The notes beneath the pieces were generated by a model. It had not been told where the DNA came from, searched no databases, and saw only the letters and a list, made by a program, of their open reading frames with translations. This document shows, piece by piece, positions 11,864 through 23,986 of a stretch of 64,000 nt of DNA (its first letter is position 1; each line of letters begins with the position of its first letter). The stretch lies in contig NC_043009.1 of NCBI RefSeq assembly GCF_006345805.1, positions 10,974,001 to 11,038,000 on the forward strand, in the 5' to 3' direction. The stretch comes from Octopus sinensis (lineage: Eukaryota). Both the position numbers and the translations under genes were made by a program.

Positions 11864-12410
11864 AGGTGGCTGCCCCCTCGTTATCGAGTATGGCCATTGC
11901 ACGAAGCTTAATCAATGTTGTTATCGTGCAATGCCTGTGCAGGAAGAGTTTATTTAAGTGGAGAAAAGTTGTGCACTGAGTCAATCCCACTCACGAAGCA
12001 ACAGTAGCTATAATCCGAAAAGAAGAGCAAGTTAACATCATCGGTAACCACTGAGCCGCAGGTTTTATGCCGGAGTTATCCCAGTTACCTGAGCTACCTT
12101 CTCCTAGAAGGATGCCCTAACAAAGCCTATGAGTCCTTCACTCCTAATGGTTTAACCGCGCGATCGGATATTTAGTCCGATTATTTCTATGTCCCCGCGC
12201 ATGATACAACCTTAAGACATTTATTGGATGGCCTTTGACTCTCAAGAGTTCCGCCGCCCTTTGACAGCTTTTGTTTTTCATACAGCAGGGTGTCCAATAA
12301 ACACCCTCCTCACCAAGCAAGCTTGGTGGGGTTGCCGGTTTAGTCGCCAACGACCCGACCATGCAACAGGTTGTACTGGGTTACATGTTACCAGTAGCTC
12401 TCAAAAGTGA
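11864..12410 (-). mobile_element. Non-autonomous RTE-clade LINE derivative (5'UTR-like segment joined to 3' end, no ORF)
   Basis: Minus strand has gggcatccttctaggagaagg...taaaacc (recalled as typical of RTE 5'UTRs) and a 3' end cttcgtgcaatggccatactc..gcagccacct followed by a (TATG)n tail. Flanked by long direct repeats. Confidence 0.55.
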
Positions 12411-13009
12411 CCTGACACATACATACATACATACATACATACATGTACTTGAATGCATGCCTCGACAGTTCAGCCAATACAAAAAAGAAAAATAAGGTAA
12501 ATTTGAACCGTTAATGAACAGGTTTCTTTATGTTTTGGTAAACTGTACTAAACAGTTTTCTTTTGTTTTTAAAAAAAGAAATTAAGAAAGAACAGTATAA
12601 ACATTTATCGTAAAAGTTATAATAATAATAAGGCAGAGAACAAAGGAAAAAGTCGTGGTTTCGTCTCAGAGCAAATGTAGACGTTATCGAAAGGTTTAAG
12701 TGTAAAAAGGAATTCACTGTTTCATCTCGCAGCGGGGATGGGATGACCGTCTCGTTTGCATTATTTATCTATCATTTCACATATCATCCGTCATGTGTTT
12801 TATATTCCTGCATGTATATGCATGTCCCCTCTATATTTAGGCCTTGTGCCTGTAATAAAGAGAGAAAAAGTTCAGCCAATATACAAAAGCAAACACTTAT
12901 TTACATACTCGTCTCGTCACTTTGTTAGCAACTGTCTCGAATTTTCTCAAGAAGTACTTAAATAAAACTGAAAGAGCATACATTCATAGATACATACGTA
13001 CATACATAA

Positions 13010-13086
13010 TTACATACATACATACGTACATACATACATACATACATACATACATACATACATACATACATACATACATACATACA

Positions 13087-13116
<30 letters not shown>
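13010..13116. repeat. (TACA)n microsatellite
   Basis: Direct reading. Confidence 0.9.
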
Positions 13117-13117
<1 letters not shown>

Positions 13118-13229
13118 GTAGTAACTCCACCCAGCACAAAGCAATATCAGTGGACCGTGGTTTTTGAGTTGTTTCCCTACCTCAGCACAGAATAACTGCT
13201 AAACTCCTGTTCGAGAAAATATATAATTT

Positions 13230-13425
13230 TCCTAGTGACACACAGTTACTACGTGGTCATCAGTTTTGCAAAACAGTTTTTTAATTGTCTCTGAATGTAG
13301 TGTTGCATGCTTACCTTTCCATGCACGCTACCATCTCTGAACCAAAACAATGGAATTCCACACTTTCTAGCGCGCTATTATCTTAGCTCGGTCCTCAAAT
13401 GTCAAGCGACCGACCATTCTTTGTT
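13230..13425 (-). pseudogene. Tc1/mariner-like transposase N-terminal HTH relic (MVGRLTFEDRAKIIAR*KVWNSIVLVQRW*...)
   Basis: Manual translation resembles N-termini of mariner-type transposases; contains stops. Confidence 0.4.
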
Positions 13426-13861
13426 TCTCATTTAACGATACGCATTGCATACTCGTTCTTCACTTCAGTTTTACTACTGTTCTTATTACTATTCATATTT
13501 TAGTGTCCTTTGTCTGAAACCTTTCGTCACACATCCTGTGAACTCCTCAGGTTTTCTTTTTCTTCTCTCTCTCATTCCGCCTGAAATATGTGTATGTGTG
13601 CCTTGTGTTTTTATATGGATTTATGCATTATACTGTGTTTAACTGTGTCTTTTTAAACGTAATATTTATATGTTTATGCATATAAGTGTATATATATATA
13701 TGAGCTATGTGTGTGTGCATGCGTCCGTGTGTATGTATGCGTGTGCATATGTGTGTATGCAACTATCGTACAACTATATATATATATAAATGCGACCGCG
13801 TGTGTACCGTTGGCGATTTTTTTCCTCCGTCTTCCCTTCTCTGGATCTTTCCTTCTCTTAT

Positions 13862-14000
13862 GTTTCTGGCGAAGAGCTCCGCTCGAAACGTAAAACCCTC
13901 CTTCTTCTCTTCCTTCCTGAGCGTCCAGTAATACTATATTTGTTCCACGTCCTCGCGTTGTTGTGTTTTCTCTTGGTGTTTTCATGTTTGGATTAACTAT
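13862..14000 (+). mobile_element. Penelope-like terminal repeat (family P) with a degenerate minimal hammerhead
   Basis: gttt-ctggcga-a-gagc-tcc-gctc-gaaa-c-gta-aaac, then cctgagcgtcc..ccacgtcctcgcgttgttgtg, shared with 16485, 16965 and 19165. Confidence 0.6.
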
Positions 14001-14091
14001 ATATATATACATAAATACATATCTTCTACCTTTTACAAGTTTTATTCATTGAATTGCAGCCATGCTGGGTGTTGTATCCTCCGTCTGCAAA

Positions 14092-14330
14092 TGTTGTGGT
14101 ACCGCTACGATATTGTGTCGGATGGCTTAAATACATTGTAACAGTGTAGTGACAGTAAACAAGATAAGGATGCAGCCGTAATAACAACGTAACGATCCAA
14201 CAATCTCTTCATGAACCAACAATCAATATTCCAAACAAACTGACTTCTGACTTCACTGCAATCTCAACTCGAACTGACACACAAACTTCACTCTGAGCGC
14301 TACTATTTATATTCACTCGCTTTAGTCTAT
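14092..14330 (-). mobile_element. Probable LTR remnant of the Gypsy element
   Basis: Lies downstream of the truncated protease; minus strand has TATAAATA and ends ...ggtaccacaACA. No partner LTR found. Confidence 0.3.
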
Positions 14331-14606
14331 TTCTCGCAAGGTCGCGTCGTGATAACTCCAACCAGTCGCTACCAAACAGATTGGTTGCGTTTTTTACGAC
14401 GAAAGCTTTCGCCCTGCACGTTTTTCCTCGAAATGTGAGATCATTCAACATTTCGCCTACAAAGTGAAGTTTGTCACCCGTCACGCCACGTGCAGCGTAC
14501 GCTGTTTTTCTTAACATAGGCTTCCCTATTTTCTTCCACGTGTCGGTGTTAATGATTGAAAGGTCACTACCAGTAACCAGTTGTAATTCAATATTTACTC
14601 CGTTTA
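14330..14606 (-). pseudogene. Ty3/Gypsy aspartic protease relic (VNGVNIELQLVTGSDLSIINTDTWKKIG...NLFGSDWLE); catalytic DTG mutated to VTG
   Basis: Manual translation upstream of tracked ORF 14209-14517 gives LxTGS and LFGxDW retropepsin motifs. Confidence 0.75.
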
Positions 14607-15187
14607 AGGCGGCGAGCTGGCAGAAACGTTAGAACGCCGGTCGAAATGCTTAGCGGTATTTGGTCTGCGGTTACGTTCTGAGTTCAAATTCCGGCGAGGT
14701 CGACTTTGCCTTTCATCCTTTCGGGCTCGATAAATTAAGTACCAGTAACGCACTGGGATCGATATAATCGACTTAATCTGTCTGTCTGTCCTTGTTTGTC
14801 CTCTCTGTGTATAGCCCCTTGTGGGCAGTAAAGATATAGGTATTTCGTCTGCCGTTACGTTCTGAGTTCAAATTCTGCCGAGGTCGACTTTGCCTTTCAT
14901 CCTTTCGGGGTCGATTAAATAAGTACCAGTTACGCACTGAGGTCGATATAATCCACTTAATCCGTTTGTCTGTCCTTGTTTGTCTCCTCTGTGTTTAGCC
15001 CCTTGTGGGTAGTAAAGAAATAAGTATTTCGTTTGTCTCTACGTTCTGAGTTCAAATTCCGCCGAGGTCAACTATGCGTTTCATCTTTTCGGGGACGATA
15101 AATTAAGTACCAGTTGCGTACTGGAGTCGATTTAATCGTCTGACCCCCTCCCTAAAAATGTCGGGCCTTGTGTCTAGATTAGAAAAG
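14607..15187 (+). mobile_element. SINE family B: tRNA-like head plus three tandem ~180-bp bodies, inserted into Gypsy
   Basis: Head aggcggcgagctggcagaaacgttag; B-box-like gagttcaaattcc in each unit; 17-bp TSD aatattta(c/t)tccgttta at 14590-14606 and 15188-15204. Confidence 0.85.
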
Positions 15188-15204
15188 AATATTTATTCCG
15201 TTTA

Positions 15205-15640
15205 CTTTTACGTTTAAAAATTTCCTTATTTGGGAGTCGAATTTACTTTCTGCTGAAAGGACTTTAAAATTTTTGTATTTGACTTTCCTACTTTTTCAGC
15301 AGTGTGAAATCTTGTGTCCAAATTGTTGACAACTGTAACATTTTTGTTTCTTAAAAAGACAATATTTTCTAAAATGTAGGCCTCTACATCTGTAACATGG
15401 ATTAGGATCTAGCAATCCTCTTTGGTTATACTTTCTCGGTCGACTTATCTGTATTTTTGCGAAATCCATTTTTTGATTTTTTTTTTTTACGTGTTTCAGG
15501 TTCACCATCCTTTGATACATATCTGCAAAAGTTTGCAGGGTTAAATCTTGATTCACTTAATCTAGTTTTGCTTAGTTTACGACAAGGTAATATAAGGTAT
15601 GTTTTATTATTGTTTCCTTTGTTGCAAGAGCGTTTGTGAA
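15205..15640 (-). pseudogene. Ty3/Gypsy gag relic with two zinc knuckles (CYRCRGLHFRKYC; CYSCQQFGHKISHC)
   Basis: ORF 15296-15556; collinear with the protease once the SINE is removed. Confidence 0.75.
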
Positions 15641-16412
15641 AAATAACTTAACTCTGTTTCAATATTACAAACCATTGGTCAATGCTAGGGACAGAAAATG
15701 GTATGAATTGTTTATAAAGCGCGCAGTGAGTAATGAGAAGAATAATTTGCGATGATTTAGTTACATATAGCTTACAGAAGCTTCCTTATAATAGTTACAT
15801 ATATACCTATAGAAGCTTCCTTATAATAAACATTTATGACGCTACTATCTCTTTTATTTTCCTGCACTGTATTATCACTTATAGATATATTATTCAGTGT
15901 GAGAGTTAACTGAGAAACTCGATTCGAAATATATTAATAATATATCTACGATATTATTCTTCGTAAAATGACAATAGACAAACATTAATCTGATATATTG
16001 CTTTCTTAAAATTAAATAAATATTTTCAAAATATATATCGTCTACTGAGACGGCGGTGTCATCGATCCGCATTCGCATTCAAAAGCAGACTTATCGAATC
16101 ATACTCATATCTGTACATATGTGTATGTTTTTAATTTTCTTTATCGTAGTTTGTACCCCCAGCTGGTTTTTTCTCTCTCTTTGTGGCGTTTGTCTGTCTC
16201 TTCCAATCTTTTTGTCTCAATATATATCTCAGTGTGGGTTAATGTATGTACATATATATATATGAATGTGTGTGTGTGTGCGCGAGTACACATACATGCA
16301 CACGCACACAACCACACACATAGAGTAATGTATCCACATATATAAATATATATATAGATTTCTATATGTGTATATCTATATCTATCTATATGTACGAGTA
16401 TGTGTATATGTA

Positions 16413-16453
<41 letters not shown>

Positions 16454-16484
16454 ACATACATATATATATACACTCCTTCTTCCC

Positions 16485-16580
16485 TTCTTTCCTGAGCGTC
16501 CAATAATACTTTATTTGTTCCACGTCCTCGCGTTGTTGTGTTTTTTTTGTTTTTTGTTTTCTTGTTTGGATTAACTTTAT
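16485..16580 (+). mobile_element. Family P repeat, 5'-truncated (no hammerhead portion)
   Basis: cctgagcgtccaataatact..ccacgtcctcgcgttgttgtg matches the 13915-14000 copy. Confidence 0.65.
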
Positions 16581-16824
16581 ATACATACATATATATATTA
16601 TATATATATATATACATATATACACACATATACAGTCTAATGTATATATATATGCATGTAAACATATACTCATATACATATATATATATATATAATATAT
16701 ATACCGGAGTAAACACATAAATGTGAAACAAGGTGGAAAAAAGAGTACTCAAATACCAGGCCACAGCTCGTGAGCTGAAACTAGATAAAATAAAAATAAA
16801 AATAAATAAATAAATAAGTAAATA

Positions 16825-16873
<49 letters not shown>

Positions 16874-16960
16874 TATACACACACACACACATATATATAT
16901 ATATCTATATAGTTATATACGTGTGTATATGTATATATATGTGTGTGTGTTTTTTTCTGT

Positions 16961-17245
16961 GTCCCTTTCTGTAGAAGAGCGTAGGCTCGAAACGTAAAAG
17001 ACTTTTTCTTTTCCTGAGCGTTGTACTAATACATCTGTTTGTTTTGTACACCACCTGTCTTCGTCTTTTGTTCTTTTTTTCGTAAACTCTCCCTATATAT
17101 ATACATGTATTTTTTACGAGACGCTCGATCCCCACCGTCATTTCCGCTTGGCTAACCACTCCACCTCCAATACACCCGTTTTTCGCTTCGCCCTGCATCC
17201 TAGGATCCACAAGCTCCGACTCCGCCTGGAACAGCGTTACATATA
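16961..17245 (+). mobile_element. Family P repeat with minimal hammerhead, followed by a Penelope GIY-YIG C-terminal relic (HFRLANHS...RLRLEQRYI)
   Basis: cttt-ctgtaga-a-gagc-gtag-gctc-gaaa-c-gta-aaag at 16965-17000; HFxxxxHS and RxxxE motifs in ORF 17148-17543. Confidence 0.6.
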
Positions 17246-17505
17246 CATACACACGCACAAATACACGTATGTCCAAACATATGAACGCACTTATACCTCC
17301 CACACATATCAAACCTGTACACATACACAGACATACATGCACTCACACACACACCCGCATAAACACACACATGCACACACGCGCATACACGCGCACACAT
17401 ACACGCACGCACACAGGAACACACATATACCTCCACACAAGCAACGTACACGCACACACAACATATACGTACGCTCACACACATACATATACAGGCACAC
17501 ACATA

Positions 17506-18763
17506 CAGGGGTTGGACAAAATAATGGAAACATAGCATCATAATTTCGAAATATCGAGAAAACCGTCAAAAGCTTGTTTATTTTCATGTTTTATGATTTA
17601 CTATTAGTGTTGCTTAATATGTTTTGCTAAAATTGCTTTTTCTTTTCAGATATCGTCAGAAAAAGGTAATTAAAATTCATTAAAATGACAGATCTATCGG
17701 ACTTTCAAAGAGGTCAAATTCTTGGGGATCGTATGGCAGGTGCTAGTGTAACGAAAACAGCCGAAATGTTTGGTGTATCATGAAGTACTGTATCGAAAGT
17801 AATGGCAGCCTTTCAGAAAGAGGGTAAAAACCTTGTCGAAGCAAAACTCCGGAAGAAAACTAAAACTTTCAGATGGGGACCGTCGGATTTCTACGCGGAT
17901 TATTACAAAGGATCACAAAAGTACAGCTCACAAAATTACTGCAGAGCTTAATGACCATCTTGAGAACCCAGTTTCCACAAAAGCTGTTTGCCGGGAGCTG
18001 CACAAAGCCGGATTTCACGGGAGGGCTGCAATCAGAAAACAACTACTTTCAAAAACAAACGTTTCAAAGCGTTTAGAGTGGAGTAAAAACCTACACAATT
18101 GGTCCCTAGAGTAGTGGAAGAATGTTTTTTTTTTCTCAGAAACGTCATCCTTTACCTTATATCTGACCACCGGCCGAGTATACATGTGGAGAGACCCAAA
18201 AGAAGCATTTGACTCTGACTGCCTTGTTCTAACTGTTAAACATGGAGGAGGATCTGTGATGATCTGGGGGCTATATCTTGAAATCTGCCGGCCCAATGGT
18301 TTCCCTTCATGGCAAAATTAATAGTCGAGAGTAAGCATTTTATCTGATTAAATTCATCCTATGCTTCCGGAACTGTTTCTGGAGAGAAACGCAATCTTTC
18401 AGGATGATAATGCACCAATTCACACAGCTAAAGTTGTTACTGAATGGTACGAGGGACATCCTAGTGAAGTTGAACCTCTTATCTGGCCACCACAGTCCTC
18501 AGATTTCATTATTATTGAAAATTTATGGTGCATTTTAGAAAAACAAGTAAGGAGTCAATATCCTCTACCATCATCACTATGAGAACTGGGGACTGTTTTA
18601 ACTGAAGAATGAACAAAAATTCCTTTGTAAACAATTCAAACTTTTTACGAGTCCATACCTCGTAGAAGTTGAGCTGTAATTACTGCCAAAAGTGGTCCTA
18701 CACCGTATTAAAGTAAATTTGTTTGAAATTTCAAGGTGTTTCCATTATTTTGTCCAACCCCTG
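17506..18763 (+). mobile_element. Full-length Tc1-like DNA transposon, 1258 bp, 27-bp perfect TIRs, TA TSD
   Basis: caggggttggacaaaataatggaaaca at 17506 and its reverse complement at 18737-18763; TA on both sides. Confidence 0.95.
17685..18712 (+). pseudogene. Tc1 DD34E transposase pseudogene with stops and frameshifts
   Basis: MTDLSDFQRGQI.., KHGGGSVMIWG, FQDDNAPIHTA, WPPQSSDFIIIENLW; ORF fragments 17833-18114 and 18361-18582. Confidence 0.9.
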
Positions 18764-19019
18764 TACTTCAAACTGCCATTCCTCTACGCACATATGAAGA
18801 GACACACAACTACACAAAGGACCAGCGCTCCTGTTACCATGCTGCTGAATTCTTCCTACAATATTGAGGCACAAACTTTACTCGCACACACACATACAAA
18901 CAGCCAACACCACACAAACACCACACACACGACACATACACATATACATGCTATTACACACACACAGAGACATACACAGACTTGCGCGAACGCACATACT
19001 CAAACACACACACACATAC

Positions 19020-19290
19020 CTCCTTCTCTTACACTCTCCTGGCTTAGAAAGAACTTCTTATTCACCCATTCCCTTTCGGTCATTTCAAAACGTAACCACA
19101 TGCGAGTCGTTGGCGATGTTTTATCCACCGTGTTCCTTTTCAGTTGAACTTTCCCCTGTCTCCTGTTTATGAAGAAGAGCGTTTGCTCAAAGCGTAAAAC
19201 CACCTTTCTTTCCTTTCCTGAGCGGCTGCTAATACATTACATGTAGCACGTCCTCGAGTCTTTCTTATTTTCTTGTGTTCTTCGTTCTCT
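19020..19290 (+). mobile_element. Penelope-like 3' fragment with family P degenerate hammerhead
   Basis: gttt-atgaaga-a-gagc-gttt-gctc-aaag-c-gta-aaac at 19165-19200, then cctgagcg..cacgtcctcg. Confidence 0.55.
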
Positions 19291-19311
19291 TGGATTTACT
19301 ATACTTACAGT

Positions 19312-19600
19312 TACCGACCAGGCTATCAGATGTTGCTACACATCGCTGGTCACAATGCGCTTCGCATTGTTTTAGCCATCAAATGACGCCACCCCGCTGT
19401 CTAAGCGATCAGGCGAACAGAAGAAAGAGTGAGAGAAAGTTGTAGAGAAAGAGTACAGCAGGGATCGCCACCACCCGCTGCCGGAACATCGTGGAGCTTT
19501 AGGTGTTTTCGCTCAATAAACACTCACAATGCCCGGCCTGGGAATGGAAACCACGATCCTACGCCCGCGAGTTTGCTGCCCTAACCATTGGGCCATTGAT
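19312..19600 (-). mobile_element. tRNA-derived SINE family C, tail variant Y
   Basis: Minus strand head tggcccaatggttagggcagcaaactcgcgg and core aaaacacctaaagctccacga match the 26089 copy; the 3' part differs. Confidence 0.8.
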
Positions 19601-19612
19601 CCACACTATACT

Positions 19613-19674
<62 letters not shown>

Positions 19675-20233
19675 CATACATACATACATACATCTCCCTC
19701 TCTCTCTTTCTCTCACTGCATATACGATACACACACAAAGTAAGTGTATGATAACCCGTTACATGGATTGCACGACTAATTGCTCTAAGGGTGCATGTGT
19801 CAGTGGAATGCTCAGCCATTTAGCATCAAGTTATTCACTTCATCGAACAACTGAATCATCAACGTGCAGCGACGGAGAATCACTACCATAATTATATATA
19901 TACATATAAATATATGGACATAGAGGCACACACATATTATTTCCATCTTTGCGCATAATAAGAATATTTTCTCTGACAAAATCATAAACATTGTCTTTAA
20001 AAATACCTTCGTAAAATTCATGATATCGTATTTTACGTTTTCTCCTTTACCTGTTTCAGTCATTAGACTACGGCAATGCTGGGTCAACGTCTTGAAGAAT
20101 TTTATTCGAATTACTCACACCAGTACTTTTTAAAGCCTGGTACTTATTATATCGGTTCCTTAATTAAACCGTTAAGTTATGGGGTTACACACGCACACAC
20201 AGACACAGACACACACACACACATACACACACA

Positions 20234-20306
<73 letters not shown>

Positions 20307-22031
20307 CAAGTTGATGAAATAATCCTTCAGCTATGTAATACATTTTTGTGCCTGCAAGCGCCTATATTATTGATTCTGTTATTATTATTTTCAAATTGTT
20401 ATACTATATAATAATAGAGTCAATGATATCTTTGCAAATTATTTTTCATGAGTGATTTTTCTCGTATGTATGTATCTCACCTCCTCTATCTCTCTCTCTC
20501 TCTCTTTCTCTGTATATATATATACACACACACACGAGTAACTTGCTTCAGTTTCTGTCTGCCAAATCCACTCATAGGGTGTTTGTCGCCCCGTGGCCAT
20601 ATCAGAAATCACTTGCACAAGATGCCACGCAGATTAGAACCATTTAGTAGGGATCACGAGCATATTCATATGATTAATTTAGATTTATTCAAATTTGCTA
20701 TCATTGAAAATTCCATATTTATTTTCTTAACTTTCTGTAATATAAAACTGAACAACTGTCAACAACTATTTTCCTCACTAACCTTAATTTGGACACTGCA
20801 TTACCATAAGTTGCTATGGATCCTTGTAAACGCATGATCAACAGACCAACGAAGAAGTGATTTTGCGTGTCCATTGTAACTATTTATTTTCTGAAGTTTA
20901 CAACCTTCATTTTATCCAACGGACACGCAAGTAGGGCACGTTTTCAGATAGTGAAAGCTTCAAAACACCAGGCTAATGGATTCTGAAGTGTTATTGTTCC
21001 AAAGCAGTCATTAAGAACTAATAAGGCAAAATGAAAAATACTTCATACTAAAGCTCAAACTCGAACATACTTGAGATTGCAATATAACATGTTAAAAAGA
21101 CAGCAACCTGTTTTCTATTCATACACACACACACATGCTCAGACACACATGCATATCTATCTTTTATCGTTTATCTTTTGCGCGTCGAACAAAATACTCA
21201 GCGTCATTTATTCCGGCTCCTTACATTCTGTGCTCAAATACTGCCATGCTCGTCTTTACCTTTCATTTCTTTGGGCTCGCTGTACCAGTTAAATACTATG
21301 GTCGACTAACCTACGTACGCTCTAGCATTATAACTGCCGGTTTTGTGCCAAAACTCGATCGAATAACCTAGTGTAATAAATTCAAGGTAGTTTACAGTTG
21401 TCAAAATGTACTGAAACAAGTTCGTTTATAAATTTATCATCTCAACGAAAGACTATATTTCCAGCTCTCGACCGGGTCTATGCTGGGGAATCACATAAGC
21501 AAGACATTTAAATTATTTAGATAACTCTGACAGCATAAGGGAATTGGTTGTGTTTTCTATTTTTCTTTTATCCAACTCTAGCTATGGTAAGTTTTAAAAG
21601 ATTCATTGGTTACTTTCTTAGTGTTGTTTACTCATAAAACATAATCTTGACATTTCGAATGGGAGGTACGTGGTATTTATGGAGAGAAATAAAACGATAC
21701 ACTGTATCTAAGCAAGAAATAAATAAACAACGAATTTTAAAGATATCACTCTCTTTCTCTCTCTCTGCCTTTATGTCTCCCTGTCTCTCACACACAAAGG
21801 GTCGCACGCCACTCTATTTATATATACTATATATATATATATATGTATGTATGATGTATGTATATATGTAAGTTAAATAATATATTATATATATATATTT
21901 ATATATATATATATGTTATGTATATATGTAAATATAAATATATATATATATATGTATGTATGTATGTACATATGTATATATGTAAATATGAATATATATA
22001 TATATATCTACACATATATATATGAACATAC

Positions 22032-22094
<63 letters not shown>

Positions 22095-22434
22095 CTGTCT
22101 CCTTCACTCACCTTAGGGATATCGGAAGGAGTTTTATCTTTTGGTGAGAATATTAATCAAATTGCTTTCAAGAGATAATAGTTAATTTTAAGATTTATGA
22201 TCGTTTTGAAACGTTTATATATTGGGGTTTTAAAGTTCATTCGAGTTCTAAAATGCAGAAAATGGCGCCTGCGAGAAACGGGAAATGGAAATGCGATTCT
22301 GCGATATAACTGCTTTTGCCTATTTTTTTTTGTTGCTAGAAGTAGCTGTGGTAGTAATATTACTAGGACTAGTTGTGGGGGAGAAGAAGGTAGAGGAAGG
22401 GACAAAGAGAAGTATTAATTTTAGTAAAAAAAAG

Positions 22435-22655
22435 GCAACGAGCTGGCAGAATCGTTAGCACGCCGGGCAAAATACTTAGTAGCATTTCATCCGTCTTTAA
22501 GACCCGAGTTCAAATTACGCCGAGGGCCACGTTGCCTTTTATCCTTCTGCGGGTCGATAAAATACGTACTAGTCGTGTACTCGGACATATGTAATCGAAT
22601 TACCCGTCCTCAGAAAGTGCCGGCCTTGTGCCAAAATTTGAAATTAATATCTATT
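22435..22655 (+). mobile_element. SINE family B, degenerate monomer
   Basis: ggcaacgagctggcagaatcgttagcacgccgggc..gagttcaaatt..ggccttgtgccaaaatttgaa. Confidence 0.75.
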
Positions 22656-23416
22656 TTAGTAAGGAATTATTGAATGCAATCAATATCAGTGAACAGGTCG
22701 CGGTCTTATAGCGACGAAAATATTTTGACAAATTAAACTTAAATGTTGAAATGAATCGAACGGCTTTTGTGTGTTTCTTAAATGGCTTACAAACACCTTC
22801 CACGCTGCAATTTTTTTCGTTCCAGCACACGATCTCAGATCAAGTCACTTGCTATGCAAGTACATCTCCGTAGTTATTGAATGGTTGGATGGGAAATGAA
22901 GTCATTAGGAATTTTTCCACGGTGAAGTAATTCTCCTGGCTGCACGGGAACACTAGTAGAGAATAAAATTTGTATAACTCCTGCAATCGGTTCGGAGTGA
23001 ACTACTTGCTAATCTTCAATTATAAGTCTTATTTTGTCGGGAGACTTAGTATATACGTTCTCGTAGTTATAGCGGTGGTAGTTGGTGGAAACCTTTCCAT
23101 TTGTGTTGCTGCCGCGTGTGTTGTGCTGGAGTTGATGCTAGCTTTTATGGTTGTTGTTTTGCTATACTTCATTCCTTTGCCACAAAGTATTGATGGTTAT
23201 TAAAGATGGAACATACTCTGTATTTCACATATTGTAAGTTAGCAACTTTTAACTCAGTAATTCAAACGATTTTAGCCGCTATTTCTCGCAGATTGAATTA
23301 CTGCGGAGATGTTAACTTGGATACTCTATTAATATTGGTTGTTTGAGTAGTGAATACTCATAGAAAATAGAACCAGATATCATTGAACATAAATAATTCA
23401 GCTTCTTGTGTGTGCA

Positions 23417-23452
<36 letters not shown>

Positions 23453-23986
23453 GTGTGTGTGTTTGTGCGCACGTATGTGTGTGTGTGTGTGTGTATTGTA
23501 AAGAAACGACAATTCTCCAGAGAAATACGTCTCGCAAATTTGTCACAGAAATGAATTGATATCTTTGAAACACACTCGCCTAAAATAATCAATTAAAGGT
23601 CATGTCTACCTGAAGATAAGACACATTCTTTCGTCTGATACTCTCTCCCACTTTCTTTCTTTCTTTCTTTCATTTTCTCCCCCCCTCTCTCTCTCTCTCA
23701 ATCACTCTCACTCAGTCACTCACTCAATCACTTAACTCTTCCCCCCTCTCTCTCTACGAAACATAACTTTTGTGGTGAAGATGATGAATGGTGATTAAAG
23801 ATAATTAAAAATTGAATAGAAACGACAAAGTATAATAAAATAATGAATAGTAATAATGAAAACAAAAATAAACCAATTGATTTAAGATACAAAGCTTTTA
23901 CTGGGTAAAAGTGAAATATAATGAATATTAGGGGTATACCCATCCGGTGGAGATGGGTATACTCCTGATATTCATTATTATTATTG

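Noticed and set aside
13505-13560. CTGAGGA..GAAA hammerhead-like motif on the minus strand
   Set aside because: A stem II is possible, but no NUH site with a pairing stem I can be formed.
14607-15187. Regularly spaced repeats resembling a CRISPR array
   Set aside because: Eukaryotic context, ~180-bp units without unique spacers, and no cas genes; this is a tandem SINE.
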